63,994 nucleotides of DNA, filler included, from Basidiobolus ranarum (GCA_040143965.1; 6 parts of 6 records of this genome joined end to end with filler, not necessarily neighbours in it); one strand, 5' to 3'. Counted from the whole stretch's first letter, positions 25,411-38,141 are shown. A program made the numbers and translations. The notes: generated by a model from the sequence alone, not told the origin.

Positions 25411-25751
25411 GATTGAAGTATTTTGGGAGTTTGTTGGAAGAGGTTTGGTGAACTAGCAGAAGTGATTTCACTTATTGATTTGTTTCGTGGAAAGTCGACA
25501 TTTATAAATTTGTTAAGTTGTAAGCAAAAAGTGCCCAACATGTTAAGGAGGGTCCCAGGAAAATGTGTGCAAAGTCTGGGTCTTCTTAGAAAAGTTTAAA
25601 AAATCGATATTTCTGAGAACTTCCCAGTTGATAAAAGCGTTCTAATATATTCTTTTTGAGAATTGTGGGTGCTATCTTAGTGAAATATGGAGTTACTAAG
25701 TACTAAGCTATATATAACCATATAGATGTGTAGGCTATGCAAGTTTCAACA
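25411..25751 (-). mobile_element. Diverged solo LTR (341 bp) with 5-bp TSD CTATC
   Basis: Reverse-complement homologue of 2076-2423. CTATC at 25406-25410 and 25752-25756. Right terminus ttcaaca intact; left terminus mutated to gattgaag. Confidence 0.8.
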
Positions 25752-27059
25752 CTATCTTTGGAAGAACCATTTGTTGCCATGCATATTGGGAATGAACTCA
25801 AAGTGTTCAAGACAATGTGAAATAGTATGTGATTTCCACTTGTTGCTTCATTGAATTGAAGATGTACAAGTATTTATGATGTAGATGAGTAGAGGTACCA
25901 GCGGTGATATGCCTCTAATGTGTACAGGAAAGTGGGTAAGAAGAGTGGAGCATTTAGATCATGTTTGAAACTCTCTATCACTTCCAAATATTTGGGACAT
26001 TCTTATATGTATCCCAGATTTATGTAACATGTTGGCATTAAACGGTTCATCCAAATAGGTGGCAAATATGCTAAGCAAGATAGATTATGGAACTTGATCA
26101 GAAGAAATGCATTTAACTTTTTTGCTAAAAATATCTTCACATTATTCTGAAACACTTTGAAATTTCATGCTTATTATTTCTAATTCTTCATTCATGGAGA
26201 TCAAAAATATGCGCTACAGTTCTTAACTACAAAGTAACTGGCTGAATACTCTTATGTAACCAGGATTTAGCAAATAGCGTAGTAGCTTTTAGGAAACTTA
26301 ATGATTCCAACAATGAATAACTTTCACTAGTTCGTGGATCAGCTTGAAAGCTTGTATTTATGCCATCATCTGAAATATTGCAAACTAATAATTAGCTCAT
26401 GGTGAGAAATATATCAAGATTAAATGTATCCAGTTTGGGGCTACAACATGACTTCAATATTTTTACTAAATTCCAACATTCCAGATTGTCTTTAAACATT
26501 ATTATTTAGTACCAAATTGCTCCAACTTAGTATCTCCTAAAATATTATAGTTGACTTTAATAATGGAAAAAAAAATAGGTCCACATTTCAACAGTCATGT
26601 GTATTAACATATACATACCATATATGATCAAGATTAGAAACTTCAATATGTAGATGATGCCATGATAGATCCTGATGCTGCCAGCTTATGCAGTATTTCA
26701 TAATAGTATATTTACTGTTAAAGCTAATATATATATGTATAGAGTATTTAATTGAGAATTGAGGAAGTATATGGAAGCAACCAAACAAAGAAAGCCATGT
26801 ACCTTATTTAATTCAAGGTGTACTATACATTGAAGCCTAACCAATTAGTATATTCAGTAGCTTTCTGTGGTATTGGACTAAATGCTGTTGCCTCTTTTAG
26901 ATTTCGTATATGCAATAACTAGGCATACGAAAATAGGGATAACAAGGAAAGTCAACAATCATTCCTTGGCTGGCATCTAATAAATACAAAGAGTGGTTGA
27001 TAATTGAGAGGGTCAACATAAAGGCTACCAGCCAACAAATCAAGTGTTAATTTCTCCTC

Positions 27060-27590
27060 TCTAACATATATGGCAATCCGAACTTCAGCTCCACGCTATT
27101 AGTCTCCATATTCCACTAAACTAATACAATACCGTACACTTCCATACATTGGGAAAATATACCTTCAAGTTCGGTGAAACCAAACTGGAATTTAAGGACA
27201 TATGGTTACGCAACAATAACGTCATCACAATATCCCAAGGCTCTCCATGTACTTACTGGGAAGGAGCAATCTTCAAAAAACGATGTAAAATATGATATTA
27301 GTCACCTTCAACTCACTAAACACATCATATAAAACCTATGGACATTAGCATCACGATCTGATCCATCGTGTGCTTTGAGCATGCATATATTTCGATCTCG
27401 CACTTTGGATCCAAGTATTTCAAAACTGCTTGCTGCAAGCTCACACATAATCTTGTGACCAGCTTTTCAGTAAGATACGCCCTTGTACCATGTAACAGGG
27501 ATAGTAGTGTATCAGCTTTTCTAAATATGTTACAACTCGGAGTCCCCGAAACGAGCTTCAAGTCACTAGCAGCGATCCTACCACCCTAAA
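27060..27590 (-). pseudogene. Possible non-LTR retrotransposon RT relic
   Basis: Minus strand reads WRALGYCDDVIVA at ~27210-27250, resembling the LINE RT motif LAYADD. Surrounding frames are broken. Confidence 0.3.
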
Positions 27591-28147
27591 CGTTGATAGG
27601 CTCCTACATGAATTGATCAAGACACGTTAATTTAATGTTTAAACAGTAGCTTGTGGTTGATCCTCATCCTCCTTATGCTGGTGGATTTTGCAACATTATC
27701 GTCACACATCCCATCAACATCTCACCCAAGCACTCGAAATCTGGTTGGATCTCATCTCTCTTTCTGGGACAACCTCAGCCAATCCTGAATATCTATGTCT
27801 ACGTAAATCCATTACTTCCTCATACACTACTTGTATTACTATTCGATTTTGCAAATCTAGCTAATTGGTTCACTGAGAAAGGTTTCCTGGATGCACAATT
27901 GTGATTGATAATGGTAAATACTGGTCATATCGAAACGAGTCCTGCCTTGATGTAATACAATTTTAACTAGAAAAATGTCCCCGAATTCACTTGACGGCAT
28001 ATGCCATATGGTACATGGTATCACTCATTATTTACTTTTACATATCATTATTACCTAGTTGCGATTCACCAATATAAATAGTATCTATTGCCACTCTTTC
28101 CCTCACTTTTGGCCTTATATAATCTAAACCACCTGAAACTAGTAGTA

Positions 28148-29341
28148 ATGCAGCTAAAAATCTTCATCACTGCTCTCCTGCCAATTCTTGTCCTTGGCCA
28201 AAAGGAGAGCCAACTCGCTTCTTCAATTAATGCTAACTCTGAGGCACCCCTGAATACAACCGCTACTTCAGTGCAAGCCTCGTTGCCATCTGGTGATCTA
28301 GGTCGCGGAGGCTTTCGTGGTTACCCCTTGAGGAAATTCTATAAGCAGTTTCCCGTAGGCGTAGCAGTTTCCAAAGGAGGTAGAACATTTGTGAGTTTCC
28401 CTCGTTGGGAGCAGAACAAAGGCAATCATATCGTGGAACTAGTCAACAATCGTGAGGTTGCTTATCCCAATAAGGATATGAACGACCTCACTAACCCGGA
28501 TGCCTTTAATCAGATCCACACTATTGTCATTGATGGTTATGACAGGCTGTGGTGCCTGGACACCCGTAAACCCACTAATGGTGCCCGTCCTCAGTCTCAG
28601 CACCGCTTCTATGTAATTGATATTAAGACTAACAAGATTGTTCGTACTTACACCTTCCCTCCTGGAGTGGAACTTCCCAATTCAGTAATGCAAGATATCC
28701 GCTTTGATGCCAAAATGAAATACGGCTTTATCACTGACACTAACGAAGCTGGTATCGTGGTACTCGACCTTGAGACTGGCCAAAGCTGGAGACGCCTAGC
28801 TAACCACTACTCCACTCTCCCCATGAAGAGTTTCGTACTTACCATAGAAGGAGTTCCTCTTTACCCTGGTGGAAAACACTTCGCAGCTGCCTCCAATGGT
28901 ATTGCCATCTCTGCTGATTTTGAAACGGTTTACTATGCCCCTCTCTCCTCCCGCTCTCTCTATTCTGTTCCTGTTAAATCTCTTATTGATACCAACATGA
29001 CTGATGCCCAAGTGGGAGCTCTAGTCCAGACACCTCTTCCCGATAAGGGAAGCGCTACTTCCGGTCTCGCTACTGATTCCAAAGGTTGCATATATCTGGC
29101 CAACTTGGAGAGAAACTCCATTACTCGCTACGACCCAAAAACAAACAAACTAGAACTAGTTGCTCGTGACCCTAACTTGTTATGGCCCGATACTCTTGCT
29201 ATCAGCAATGGCTATCTCTATGCTACCGCAAATCAGTTGCATCGCCGTGCAAGTTTCCAGAATGGCCCTGATGCGCGAAAAGCACCTTATTATCTATTCC
29301 AGTACGCTATTAATGAAGATGCTCCTAAATACTTACTTTAA
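28148..29341 (+). CDS. Secreted major royal jelly protein (MRJP/Yellow) family beta-propeller, intronless
   Basis: Signal peptide MQLKIFITALLPILVLG. Motifs PVGVAVS..GRTFVSFPRW, AYPN, DRLWCLDT, GIVVLDL.TG.SWRRL, NGIAISAD, DPNLLWPDTL, NQLHR. TATA-like tataaata at ~28073. Confidence 0.88.
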   Translation: MQLKIFITALLPILVLGQKESQLASSINANSEAPLNTTATSVQASLPSGDLGRGGFRGYPLRKFYKQFPVGVAVSKGGRTFVSFPRWEQNKGNHIVELVNNREVAYPNKDMNDLTNPDAFNQIHTIVIDGYDRLWCLDTRKPTNGARPQSQHRFYVIDIKTNKIVRTYTFPPGVELPNSVMQDIRFDAKMKYGFITDTNEAGIVVLDLETGQSWRRLANHYSTLPMKSFVLTIEGVPLYPGGKHFAAASNGIAISADFETVYYAPLSSRSLYSVPVKSLIDTNMTDAQVGALVQTPLPDKGSATSGLATDSKGCIYLANLERNSITRYDPKTNKLELVARDPNLLWPDTLAISNGYLYATANQLHRRASFQNGPDARKAPYYLFQYAINEDAPKYLL

Positions 29342-30249
29342 GCTGTTAGAATATTGTCTTTATTTCATAAATGAGTTTTCTCATATTAAGGGATTGTCAA
29401 ATAATTACCAAAATTAAACAACAATCAGATGTTTTCCAATACTGTTAATCACATTATTTGAATATCTTTACTTCGCAAAAATGAAATTCAAGGAAGATAC
29501 GAATTTATGCAAACAATAACTATTTTTTTGAAGTCACTAGCGTTCATTTATTACACTGTTACTAACATTTGGCTGTATATGCATGATGCGTGAGAGAGTA
29601 CTTCGTTGTGAGACATAAATTTATAAATCTTCTCTAAATTAGCATTTCACACCAGCGTTATGCATAGAGAAACGTTACACCTGTAAAATTGATATAGCAC
29701 CATTGGTACTATATTGCCTGATTTTGATATACACTAATACTTGTCATTACTTTTGCCATGCACACTGTTATACTCGACATGCCTATATGACTGGAGTACT
29801 TATCTTACCCTACATCATAGTACTTTTTCATTATAGTTGTATAAGGGACTTGTTCTCTGTGATAGTGCCAGATTGTGCTGTATATATCATATTGGATAAA
29901 GTATTCTAAAATCTATGCGGCACAATTTGGCACTATCCATCACCCTCTGGCATGATCAATTTCAATCACATTTACTTTAATATATTGATCCAAGGTCCGA
30001 TAAATCCTGGCACAATGGAACAAGTCCAAGGATCAGCACTATTCCAGTGGGTGGAGCTGGGCCGAACCAAATCAGGCAGAATCAGTTCAACTACTGATCT
30101 AACATTGGCTGTAGCTGTAAATTTGTCACGTTAAGTAGAGTTAATCACAAAGCAGAATTAGATGTACAGTGAATTCTTATTTATGTTGCGATTGGTGCAG
30201 TTGTTTATATATAATCTGTATCATGTGGCATCAGGGGTTCAATTGTTAG

Positions 30250-32379
30250 TAAGAGCTAAATTCAATAGATTCATCCTACCACACAAGATTAGTCAGTTGA
30301 ATGTAGTTCTCTTTTGCAAAGTGAGATGCAAGTAAGTTATAGGAGAATTCACAAGAAAACCTTGATCCTTCTGATTGTACCAAGACCATCTATCCTGAGA
30401 CAAGCGCCATGAGCCTACAAAGCATTCATATCACAGAAGTTACAGTAATGAAAGTTGGAAAGCATAGAGGCTTCAAAGTCAATCATTCCATTTCTCACAA
30501 TCGTCTGCTCACTCCACTCATTGATAAGCACATTCACTTGCTCTTTGTAGCTTTGTATATACTATTGAATTCAATGATTGAATACTCTCTCCACAGTTGT
30601 TACATATGAGCAACACTGATACTTTGAGAAAAGATAAATGCAGAAGCAAGATCATTGGAGAGGTTTTATCTGCTGAGTCTAACCTAAAGTTAGTATACAG
30701 GAAAGGTTAAAATAAATACCACAACTTGCACACTGTCCAGAGTCATGTGTTGGCTTTGTGCATGGGAAATGTCCAACTGAAAAGTTAGAGGTAAAGGTTT
30801 GGTTGCTTAGCAAGGGTATAGATGTTCTGGTAAGGGTAAGGGAGAGTAAGGATGAAAAGAGGGGGCCTGGTGGATGGAGTCCTCCCAGTATAAAAGAAAG
30901 CTGGGGTTTGGGGGATGCAATCCCCCATGTACACCCTTCTGTCACAATATACTCAAGTCACTAGTACATGGGAAGAATTGGGCTTGCCCAAATTTTCCAA
31001 AGGCCAGATCTCTGACCTTTAACCAATCTGCGGAAGAAACAATGTTTCTATCATAATAACACAGCCTATTCTAGCTTTTATATATTTTATGATTATGAAA
31101 AATTTCCCAGATATTTAATATTTTTTAATTTTTTATTAATTTGCAAGTCTCTAGGAAACTAAAGTGAAGAAGTTCTCCTTCATACTAAAAGCTTTTTAGT
31201 ATTTTAATTTTATCATAAGTAGACTGGCTACTCCTTAGGTTGTTATTTCACAAATTACTTATTGAGAATTTCTTTTATATACTTTTGAGAGTAAAGAGGA
31301 GAGTTGATTAATATAATGGATTTGTAACATTTGGAAGAACTTTGTGGAGAATAAATAATTAAATAAAGAAGAAAGCGAATATTGGAGATAGTATTTATAT
31401 TGTAAATATAAAAATAATGAAAGTGTAGATAAAATGCTTTCTACTTATGGTTGGCTACTAATATTTTACAAATATTCATATATCACTAGCACTAAGCTTG
31501 ATTTAGGGGGGGGGGAGATAGTCACCAACAGGTGAAATCTTTATTTCAAACAAAACAAAGAAGGCATAACTACTTTTGTAGTTTCTGAATCAAAGAGTGA
31601 AGTTCTGGAATATTGGTATGAATATTGCAAAGTAGAAAAGTTAAGTCAGTAGGGTCTAAGACACTAGTACATAGAGTGGGAGGGAGCAATAGAGATAAAA
31701 TGGTATATCAATAATAGAAATAAGTTGAATGAGGCTAGGACTAACATAAAGCATAAAAGGAGTGTGTGTTGAGTTCAAGAGAAAAGTGAGATAAAAAGTC
31801 ATGAGCTTTAGTGAACCAAAGAAACAGTTAAGTGCAGAATCTTAGAACTGTTTAAGCAGGATATATCAGCAGAGCAGATCAAACTCATATATATCTTGGG
31901 AATAGCACTGGGTTGCTATGTTATGGTAGAGAGTAGGTTTGCTATGCAGCTAGGCAGCTAGGCTTGGCGTTCTATAGATGCTAGTGGATGTTGAAGTTTA
32001 TTGTCTTTATCATATATGTTATCCCTATCTTTATACACCTAACTATTTCATATATCACATATTAGTTAGTCAACATTATTTAGTCAAATATCACTTAGCT
32101 GCAAATCGGAACATATATTTTATATATATGTGAATTATGTGAGAATTAGCAATTACATATTGGAAATTTCAAACTCATCCAAATTGCCCCAAAGATAGCT
32201 CATTTTACTCCCACAGATGTTCTGAACACAACCCCAGTGTTAGTTTTCTGTATTTCCACCAAAATGTATAAATGCTTAATTTCTGGTCAATAAATAATTA
32301 TCTCACAAAGCTATTCACAACTCCACTTTTCTAAAGTTCCTCCAAACAGCCCATATTTTCCCAATAGGTTATGAGCCCC
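30250..32379. repeat. CpG-depleted decayed mobile-element block with hairpin cluster and PHD-like relic
   Basis: AT-rich, very few CpG, no intact ORF. Hairpins at 30867-30998. Confidence 0.5.
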
Positions 32380-32479
32380 NNNNNNNNNNNNNNNNNNNNN
32401 NNNNNNNNNNNNNNNNNNNNNNNTTAATTAATTAANNNNNNNNNNNNNNNNNNNNNNNNNNNNNNNNNNNNNNNNNNNN
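32380..32479. other. Artificial contig spacer
   Basis: N44-TTAATTAATTAA-N44. Confidence 0.98.
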
Positions 32480-33207
32480 GGGCTAGATGTGGGTATGGTA
32501 CTTGCAGTAGTGACAGTCGAAGTGTTAGCTGTACTAGTAGGCTTAGAAGTACTTGTTGGAGCAGAGGTTGTAGTGGGAGTAACATCCTTTCCGGGTCGGA
32601 TTGTTATGGTTGGTCGTGCAGCCAGCAAGTCTCTACCATCATTGGGACCATCATTTGGGAATTCAGGAATGGTAGAATAACCCGGAAGATTAGCAACTAA
32701 AAGCTTTGGACCGGTTATATAACCATCGGCAGATCCTTGGATCTCAATGTCAGCACAATTCATGTAATATTCCCGATTTCCAATCTTGTTAATCCATGTC
32801 CAAGCAAAGATTACATTCTTACTGGAGCCAGCAGTACTTGGGATAGGTACCGTATAATCCAAGCCAGAGATAATACAGTTACTATATATTGTGTCTAAAA
32901 CCGCGAATGTTTGACCAGCATCATACGAGATTGCAAATTGACAATGACCTCCACTATGAGTAGCTACTCCACTAAGTTTAACGCTTATTGACCCGCCAGC
33001 CTTAACAGTTTGAACAATTCCACCTTGCTCATACCCTTTGCAAGGGAATACACCTAGTGGATCCACCATGTTATAGTCCGGAACGCCAGGAAATGTAGGG
33101 TTATACTTAGAGTGGCGTGGAGGAGGTTGAACCATTTCCATATGAGCGACGGTCAACGCTGCAAAGCTTAAAAGAACTGTAGCTGATTGGAAATAATTCA
33201 AGAACAT
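32480..33207 (-). CDS. Secreted AA11-like lytic polysaccharide monooxygenase with Thr/Ser linker (C-terminus truncated)
   Basis: Signal peptide ending TVA followed by His1 (HMEMVQPPPR). FPCKGY, second His in ATHSGGHCQFAISYD, and WTWINKIGNREYYMNCAD. Confidence 0.82.
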
Positions 33208-34344
33208 TGTTAGCAAATTAAGGAACTGCACTGATGTTTAAACCTCGGAGTCTCTGATTTTTATATCCAACTCGAGGAATTAAGCGCCTAAAGCTCTCTA
33301 CAAAAATTAAACCATAAGGAGATTCCAAGTCCAGCACATGAACAGATCACCGGTTGGAAACCGGTTAATACTAACCAAAATGGCCATATGAATGAAATAT
33401 CTCGGAAAAGATGATTATCAGGTGATGCACACGTTAGTACTGAGTTCATAATGCGCGGAATATGGTTATTAACTTACTGGAAACCCTGGAACGCTAGAGC
33501 ATATCATTACCCAAAGAGTTAGCGTGAATCTCAGGACAACCAATTTGGCATAATTAAACCCAATGTAGTACTTCGGAGATATTTGCTGAATTAGGATTAT
33601 TAGCAAGCAGATATTCACCACGTTAATTTGTACTCGTTCAAGATAGTGTCACACAACTTCTCTAGGTTAGCTAGTCCCTGATTGACGGCTTGAACTTCCG
33701 AGAGTTAATCACTAACCTGTTCCTGCCTTTACTCAGGGGAATTATGAATGTTCATAGCAACTTTACTACTGAGATTGTAGATACAGCCAATCAGTATTTG
33801 AACACGTTTTAATGTCCGATACTAACATCGGATCAGAATGGTGGTTCTTCATAGTTAGCGACTATGGAGGGCAGGAGATTGGTCCCAGTTGATAATAACA
33901 ATTAGAGTTGTGAGGAAATCTGCTGAAGAATATCCTCATGAGCAGGCGGCGGTGTAGGAGTGAGAAAATGAAGTCAAGACGCAGTCCTAAAACACAACTT
34001 CGAAAATTCATAATACTATTAATGGATTGAGAAACCTGTTACGTCGTTACTACCCATAAACACTTTAGAGCATATTCACGTAGTACCAATTTGGTAAAGT
34101 CTGCTTATCAAATAGTCTCAATGAACACTTAACAGGCACCTAAATCAGTTTAGATTCTGCTAGTATCTGGAGATTCGTTCTGAGTCCACCATTTAGCTTG
34201 CCACAAATATCCTCTATGAGTAACCTTTTGCACTCTGTTATAGGCAAATCTAGAGCTCCATGCAGGTGCGTCCCTGTAAGCTCTGATTCCTTTAGTAGGT
34301 GTAACTTGAGAAGACGTGGTTGTTGTAATACTAGGGATTTTGGT

Positions 34345-34900
34345 GAGTGTTGCACTGGTAGGAGTGGCGGTATCTTGTTCCGGACGGATCCATTGTTAGG
34401 ATTATCTGGAGCAAAATCAGGTATGATGGATAGCCAGAGAAATTGACAACCAACAACCTTGGACCGGCTATATAACCGCTGGTAGCTCCTTGAATTTTAA
34501 TATTGGCGCAATTCATGTAATGTCCACAATTACTAATTCTGCTAATCCATGTCTAAGCTAAGAAAACGTTCTTACTGAAACTTGTAGTACTAGAAATATT
34601 CAGTACTTGCAATCAGACAATTTCTGTAGACGGTTTCTAGCTTGGCAAAGGTCTTGCTTTTGTCGTAAGAAATAGCAAATCAGCCGTGGCCTCCGCCATG
34701 AGTGCTGCCACCATTAATCTTCACTTGAAATGGGCCACCAGTGTGCACCATTTGAACAACCCCACTTTGTGCATAGCCCTTGCAGGGGTAAATGCTGAAG
34801 GGACTCGCCATGTTGCAATATGTAATTTTAGTTTTACAAACTTCAAGTTATTGATGTCGTTAGGTATTATTGAAATAGGTGCCATTGGTATCTTCTTCAT
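34345..34900 (-). pseudogene. Pseudogenised tandem paralog of the AA11-like LPMO
   Basis: YPCKGYAQSGVVQMVHTGG..VKINGGSTHGGGHG*FAISYD...A*TWI...YMNCANIKIQG..SGYIAGPRLLVVN, with in-frame stops and frameshifts. Confidence 0.8.
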
Positions 34901-35451
34901 TAAAAGTATTTCAGATGTATGTTTATCATTTGCAACTCTAATAAGATAATACTCTAATTCATGATCACACTTCTGGATCAACATAAACCTTGTGATATTT
35001 GAAGAAATTTTATAAAACCTTTAAAGTTATTTCTCTATTTGGTGATGAATAGATGTCAAGCTTATGATTGAACGACCTGCATATCTTTTGTTTCAAAGTA
35101 GTTGTCCTCCGTAACAGTATATTTCCAATGTGATATGCTCAAAATTGCACACCTACTGATGGAATTATGCCCATTAATTTGCGACATAAGTTTAAATGTC
35201 CATCTATACACAGACATGTAAGCTACAATATCTATCAAGCAAGGATGGCCACCCTGTCCATGAAAATCATTCAAAGCACCAACGCTAGTACTGCTCGTAC
35301 AGACAAAGAGGCAGTAATGTACTAGTTTAATAGGATAGTCTGGTACTTCCTAAATCCAGTAGTCAATCAAAGCCTTTACACAGCTACTTAAACACGTTTA
35401 AGTTATCACCTATACAATATTTATTGACTTCATTCTTAACAATACAGAGAA

Positions 35452-36877
35452 TTATTGACTTTTTACAATACTAGCTACTAATGGTGTCTCTGTTAGACCT
35501 GGATTTGCTACTATTTGTGATTTACTACTGCTTCTAATTGAATCGAGTACTGAGAGCATCCGATTCAAGCCTATTTGTAACATGTCCCAAGGAAGCGCAA
35601 AAGTTACGCGGAAATAGCCAGAAACTTCCGAGTGAAAAGCGTCACCAAAGGCAGTGTATACACCCTGCGTAATGAACGCGTTCCATAATAAAAGTTCGGC
35701 ATCTTTAGAGTCACTAGTGGTTAGCATCTGTACCTCATCACGGAAATCGAACCAAACAAAATGACCAGCTGAACTAGGACGGAATTTAATATTGTGTTGA
35801 TCACAAAATGATGTCAAACGCTGATAGCTCCTCAAAAGTCTTTGCTTATTTTCTGCCACAAACCAGTCCATCCACTTTTCATCCTTGAGAAGGGAGCACA
35901 TTAGACTATCGGTTGTTGTAGAAATACTTGTGAATAAAGCCACGGATTGAAGTGCTTCGATCAACTCGGAGTTGTATGGAGATAGAACAACTCCTACTCG
36001 CAAACCGTTAGCGCAGAAGTCTTTGCTGAAGGACCAAACCAAGTGCACCAACTTTGGATCAATCAAGGCTTCGAGATTCGGCAAAGAGTAAACTGATACA
36101 AATGGGGTTTGATCAACCTCGTTGAATGCTGAGAGTGCATAGATTTCATCCGAAATCACATGTAAGCCATTCCTATTAGCGAAACGTAACAATTCTTCCA
36201 GGACTTCGACTGGGTAACACTCCCCAAGTGGGTTATGAGGGTTGCAGATACACAGTACTTTGACGGGGATATTCTTACTACGAGCCTCGTTGACAGCAAT
36301 TTCTAGTTTCAAGATATGATCCATTTCGAATGGCGAGGTTTCTTGAAGCTCAACAGGAATAAGCCGGGCTTGAGCCTTAGCAACAAAATCAAAATCAAAG
36401 CCACCTAAGAAAAAACTGGTTGAGAAGAGGTTGAGAGGAACAGAGGAGATTGTAGTAAAACCAACCGTAGTAAGGTGTTGTTATGAGAATTCCATCTCCG
36501 GGATCACATAACGCAAAAGTCAATTGATCTAATGCTGGACCTGCTCCGTTATGGATAGTAAGATGCTTACTGCTGATAGGCTTTGTAGGATGTAGATTGC
36601 GGTTGAATAAGCTTGCGACGCACTTCCTTAATTCCTCAGAACCGTAGTAGGTTCCATAACACAGGAGCTTCTTTTTAAAAGTCATCAAGGTGGACAACCT
36701 TTTGGACAGATCCTCATGCATGAGGGAATTCTCGGCAACACCGAGACTGACTATGCCGGAGGGGTTTTCTATCGGATCATATGAGTTTTGAGCGAATCTC
36801 GTCGTACCTTTGATCAAAGGTGTTGGGATGTTCTTGGCTAATTGCGAGCGCTTTGAGAGTTGTGGAGTGCAGGTCAT
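35452..36877 (-). CDS. PLP-dependent class I/II aminotransferase, ACC-synthase-like
   Basis: NPSGIVSLGVAEN, LCDPGDGILITTPYYGGF (split by one intron at ~36406-36466), CNPHNPLG, ISDEIYALS, PLP-lysine motif SFSKDFCANGLRVG, GYFRVTFA. Confidence 0.9.
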
Positions 36878-37027
36878 GTTTTAATATGTTTACAAACATG
36901 GGCCGTCTCTTTTTATAGTTTTTGTCTTTGCCCAAGCTTGGAATATCATATTCTAGCTCTAGCCGTCGAGATCGAACTAGATTGTCTCTTTCTTACTTTA
37001 GTCACTCTAGACTAATGGGATGAGCAA

Positions 37028-37071
37028 CCAATCAATGGATGACGCCTTATGGCGTCATAATATCAGCCAAT
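37028..37071. promoter_or_regulatory. Palindromic TGACG element flanked by CCAAT boxes upstream of the ACS-like gene
   Basis: ATGACGCC-ttat-GGCGTCAT at 37039-37058. CCAAT at 37028 and 37067. TATA-like element on the minus strand at ~36911-36917. Confidence 0.45.
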
Positions 37072-37972
37072 GGAGTGCCCTGTGACTTTCAATCAGATTG
37101 CAATCGTACCTCCTGAGCGACATTGTCAAGAACAAAATGCTTCCTTGATTAGACGGAACAGATATCGCTGGGTAAATGATAAACGAATTTTAATGGCAAC
37201 AAACACCGTCCCAATCCTAAGCAAAATTGTATAGTGAAGACTAACGGTCTGGAATTTGGCCTATGTGGCCATGCACCATGTATCTTTCTTACTCATAGAT
37301 ACATATATGGGCGCTTGAATTATTTACCCAGCTCAAATGAGATAATCCCATATTTGATTTGATACGAAGAATTAGTATCGTGCACACGAAACTCCAACGA
37401 ACCCCAAAATCTTAGTAGGATAACCAAATATTATTGCCAAGTCAAAGAAACACTAGAGCCACATAATTATAACGAGTTAGGCTTTTTATTTGCACAAGAC
37501 TGAGTTCTTAAAGAAGTGGAGGATGAGCACCCATCATCATTTACATATTTAAACGAAATTTAGGAGATCACCAAGTTCAAGTAGTAGATTTTAACTGCTT
37601 TCTTTCGTAACCCTTAGATCATGAGGACCTCGATAAAGAGCGATTCATCTTTAGAGAATAACTTGTATTGAGAAAGCGAAGGAATTTCAGACAACACAAG
37701 TACATCATCTAGGATCTCCCTACTCGTACTGATTCAACCATCGTTGAAGTTTATATTTTCTAAAGAGCACAAAGCTTGCTTATTGTATGGACTTGAATGA
37801 AAAGGTAGACTTCGAGTAGTTTATCAAGTTGTTAGTTGAAGGCATACAAGTCGCAGTTGACTGCCAAAATTGGTAAATTGCGGTCCGAAGTCTCATTAAT
37901 TTTGTATTACGAATATTAATTATGTTGAAATCTAAATAATTATGATACTTGGAATTAAGGGGAGCGAAGTAT

Positions 37973-37992
37973 TACGTGAGCAAGCTCACGTA
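37973..37992. promoter_or_regulatory. Perfect 9-bp inverted repeat ~150 bp upstream of Blm10
   Basis: TACGTGAGC-aa-GCTCACGTA. Confidence 0.4.
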
Positions 37993-38141
37993 GCCAAAAT
38001 ATTGATTTCCTCAATTCACTGAGGGTGACATGAACTATACATTCTCAAAAATTACCATTGAGTAGAATTAAAAAAGTTTCCGCATATCCATAAGCATACA
38101 ACTGTAGGACAAGTCAGTTGAACTTGCCTTAACTATTAAAA

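Noticed and set aside
25191-25541. 116-aa ORF, and similar short ORFs at 912-1094 and 43953-44165
   Set aside because: They overlap LTR copies and are chance open frames.
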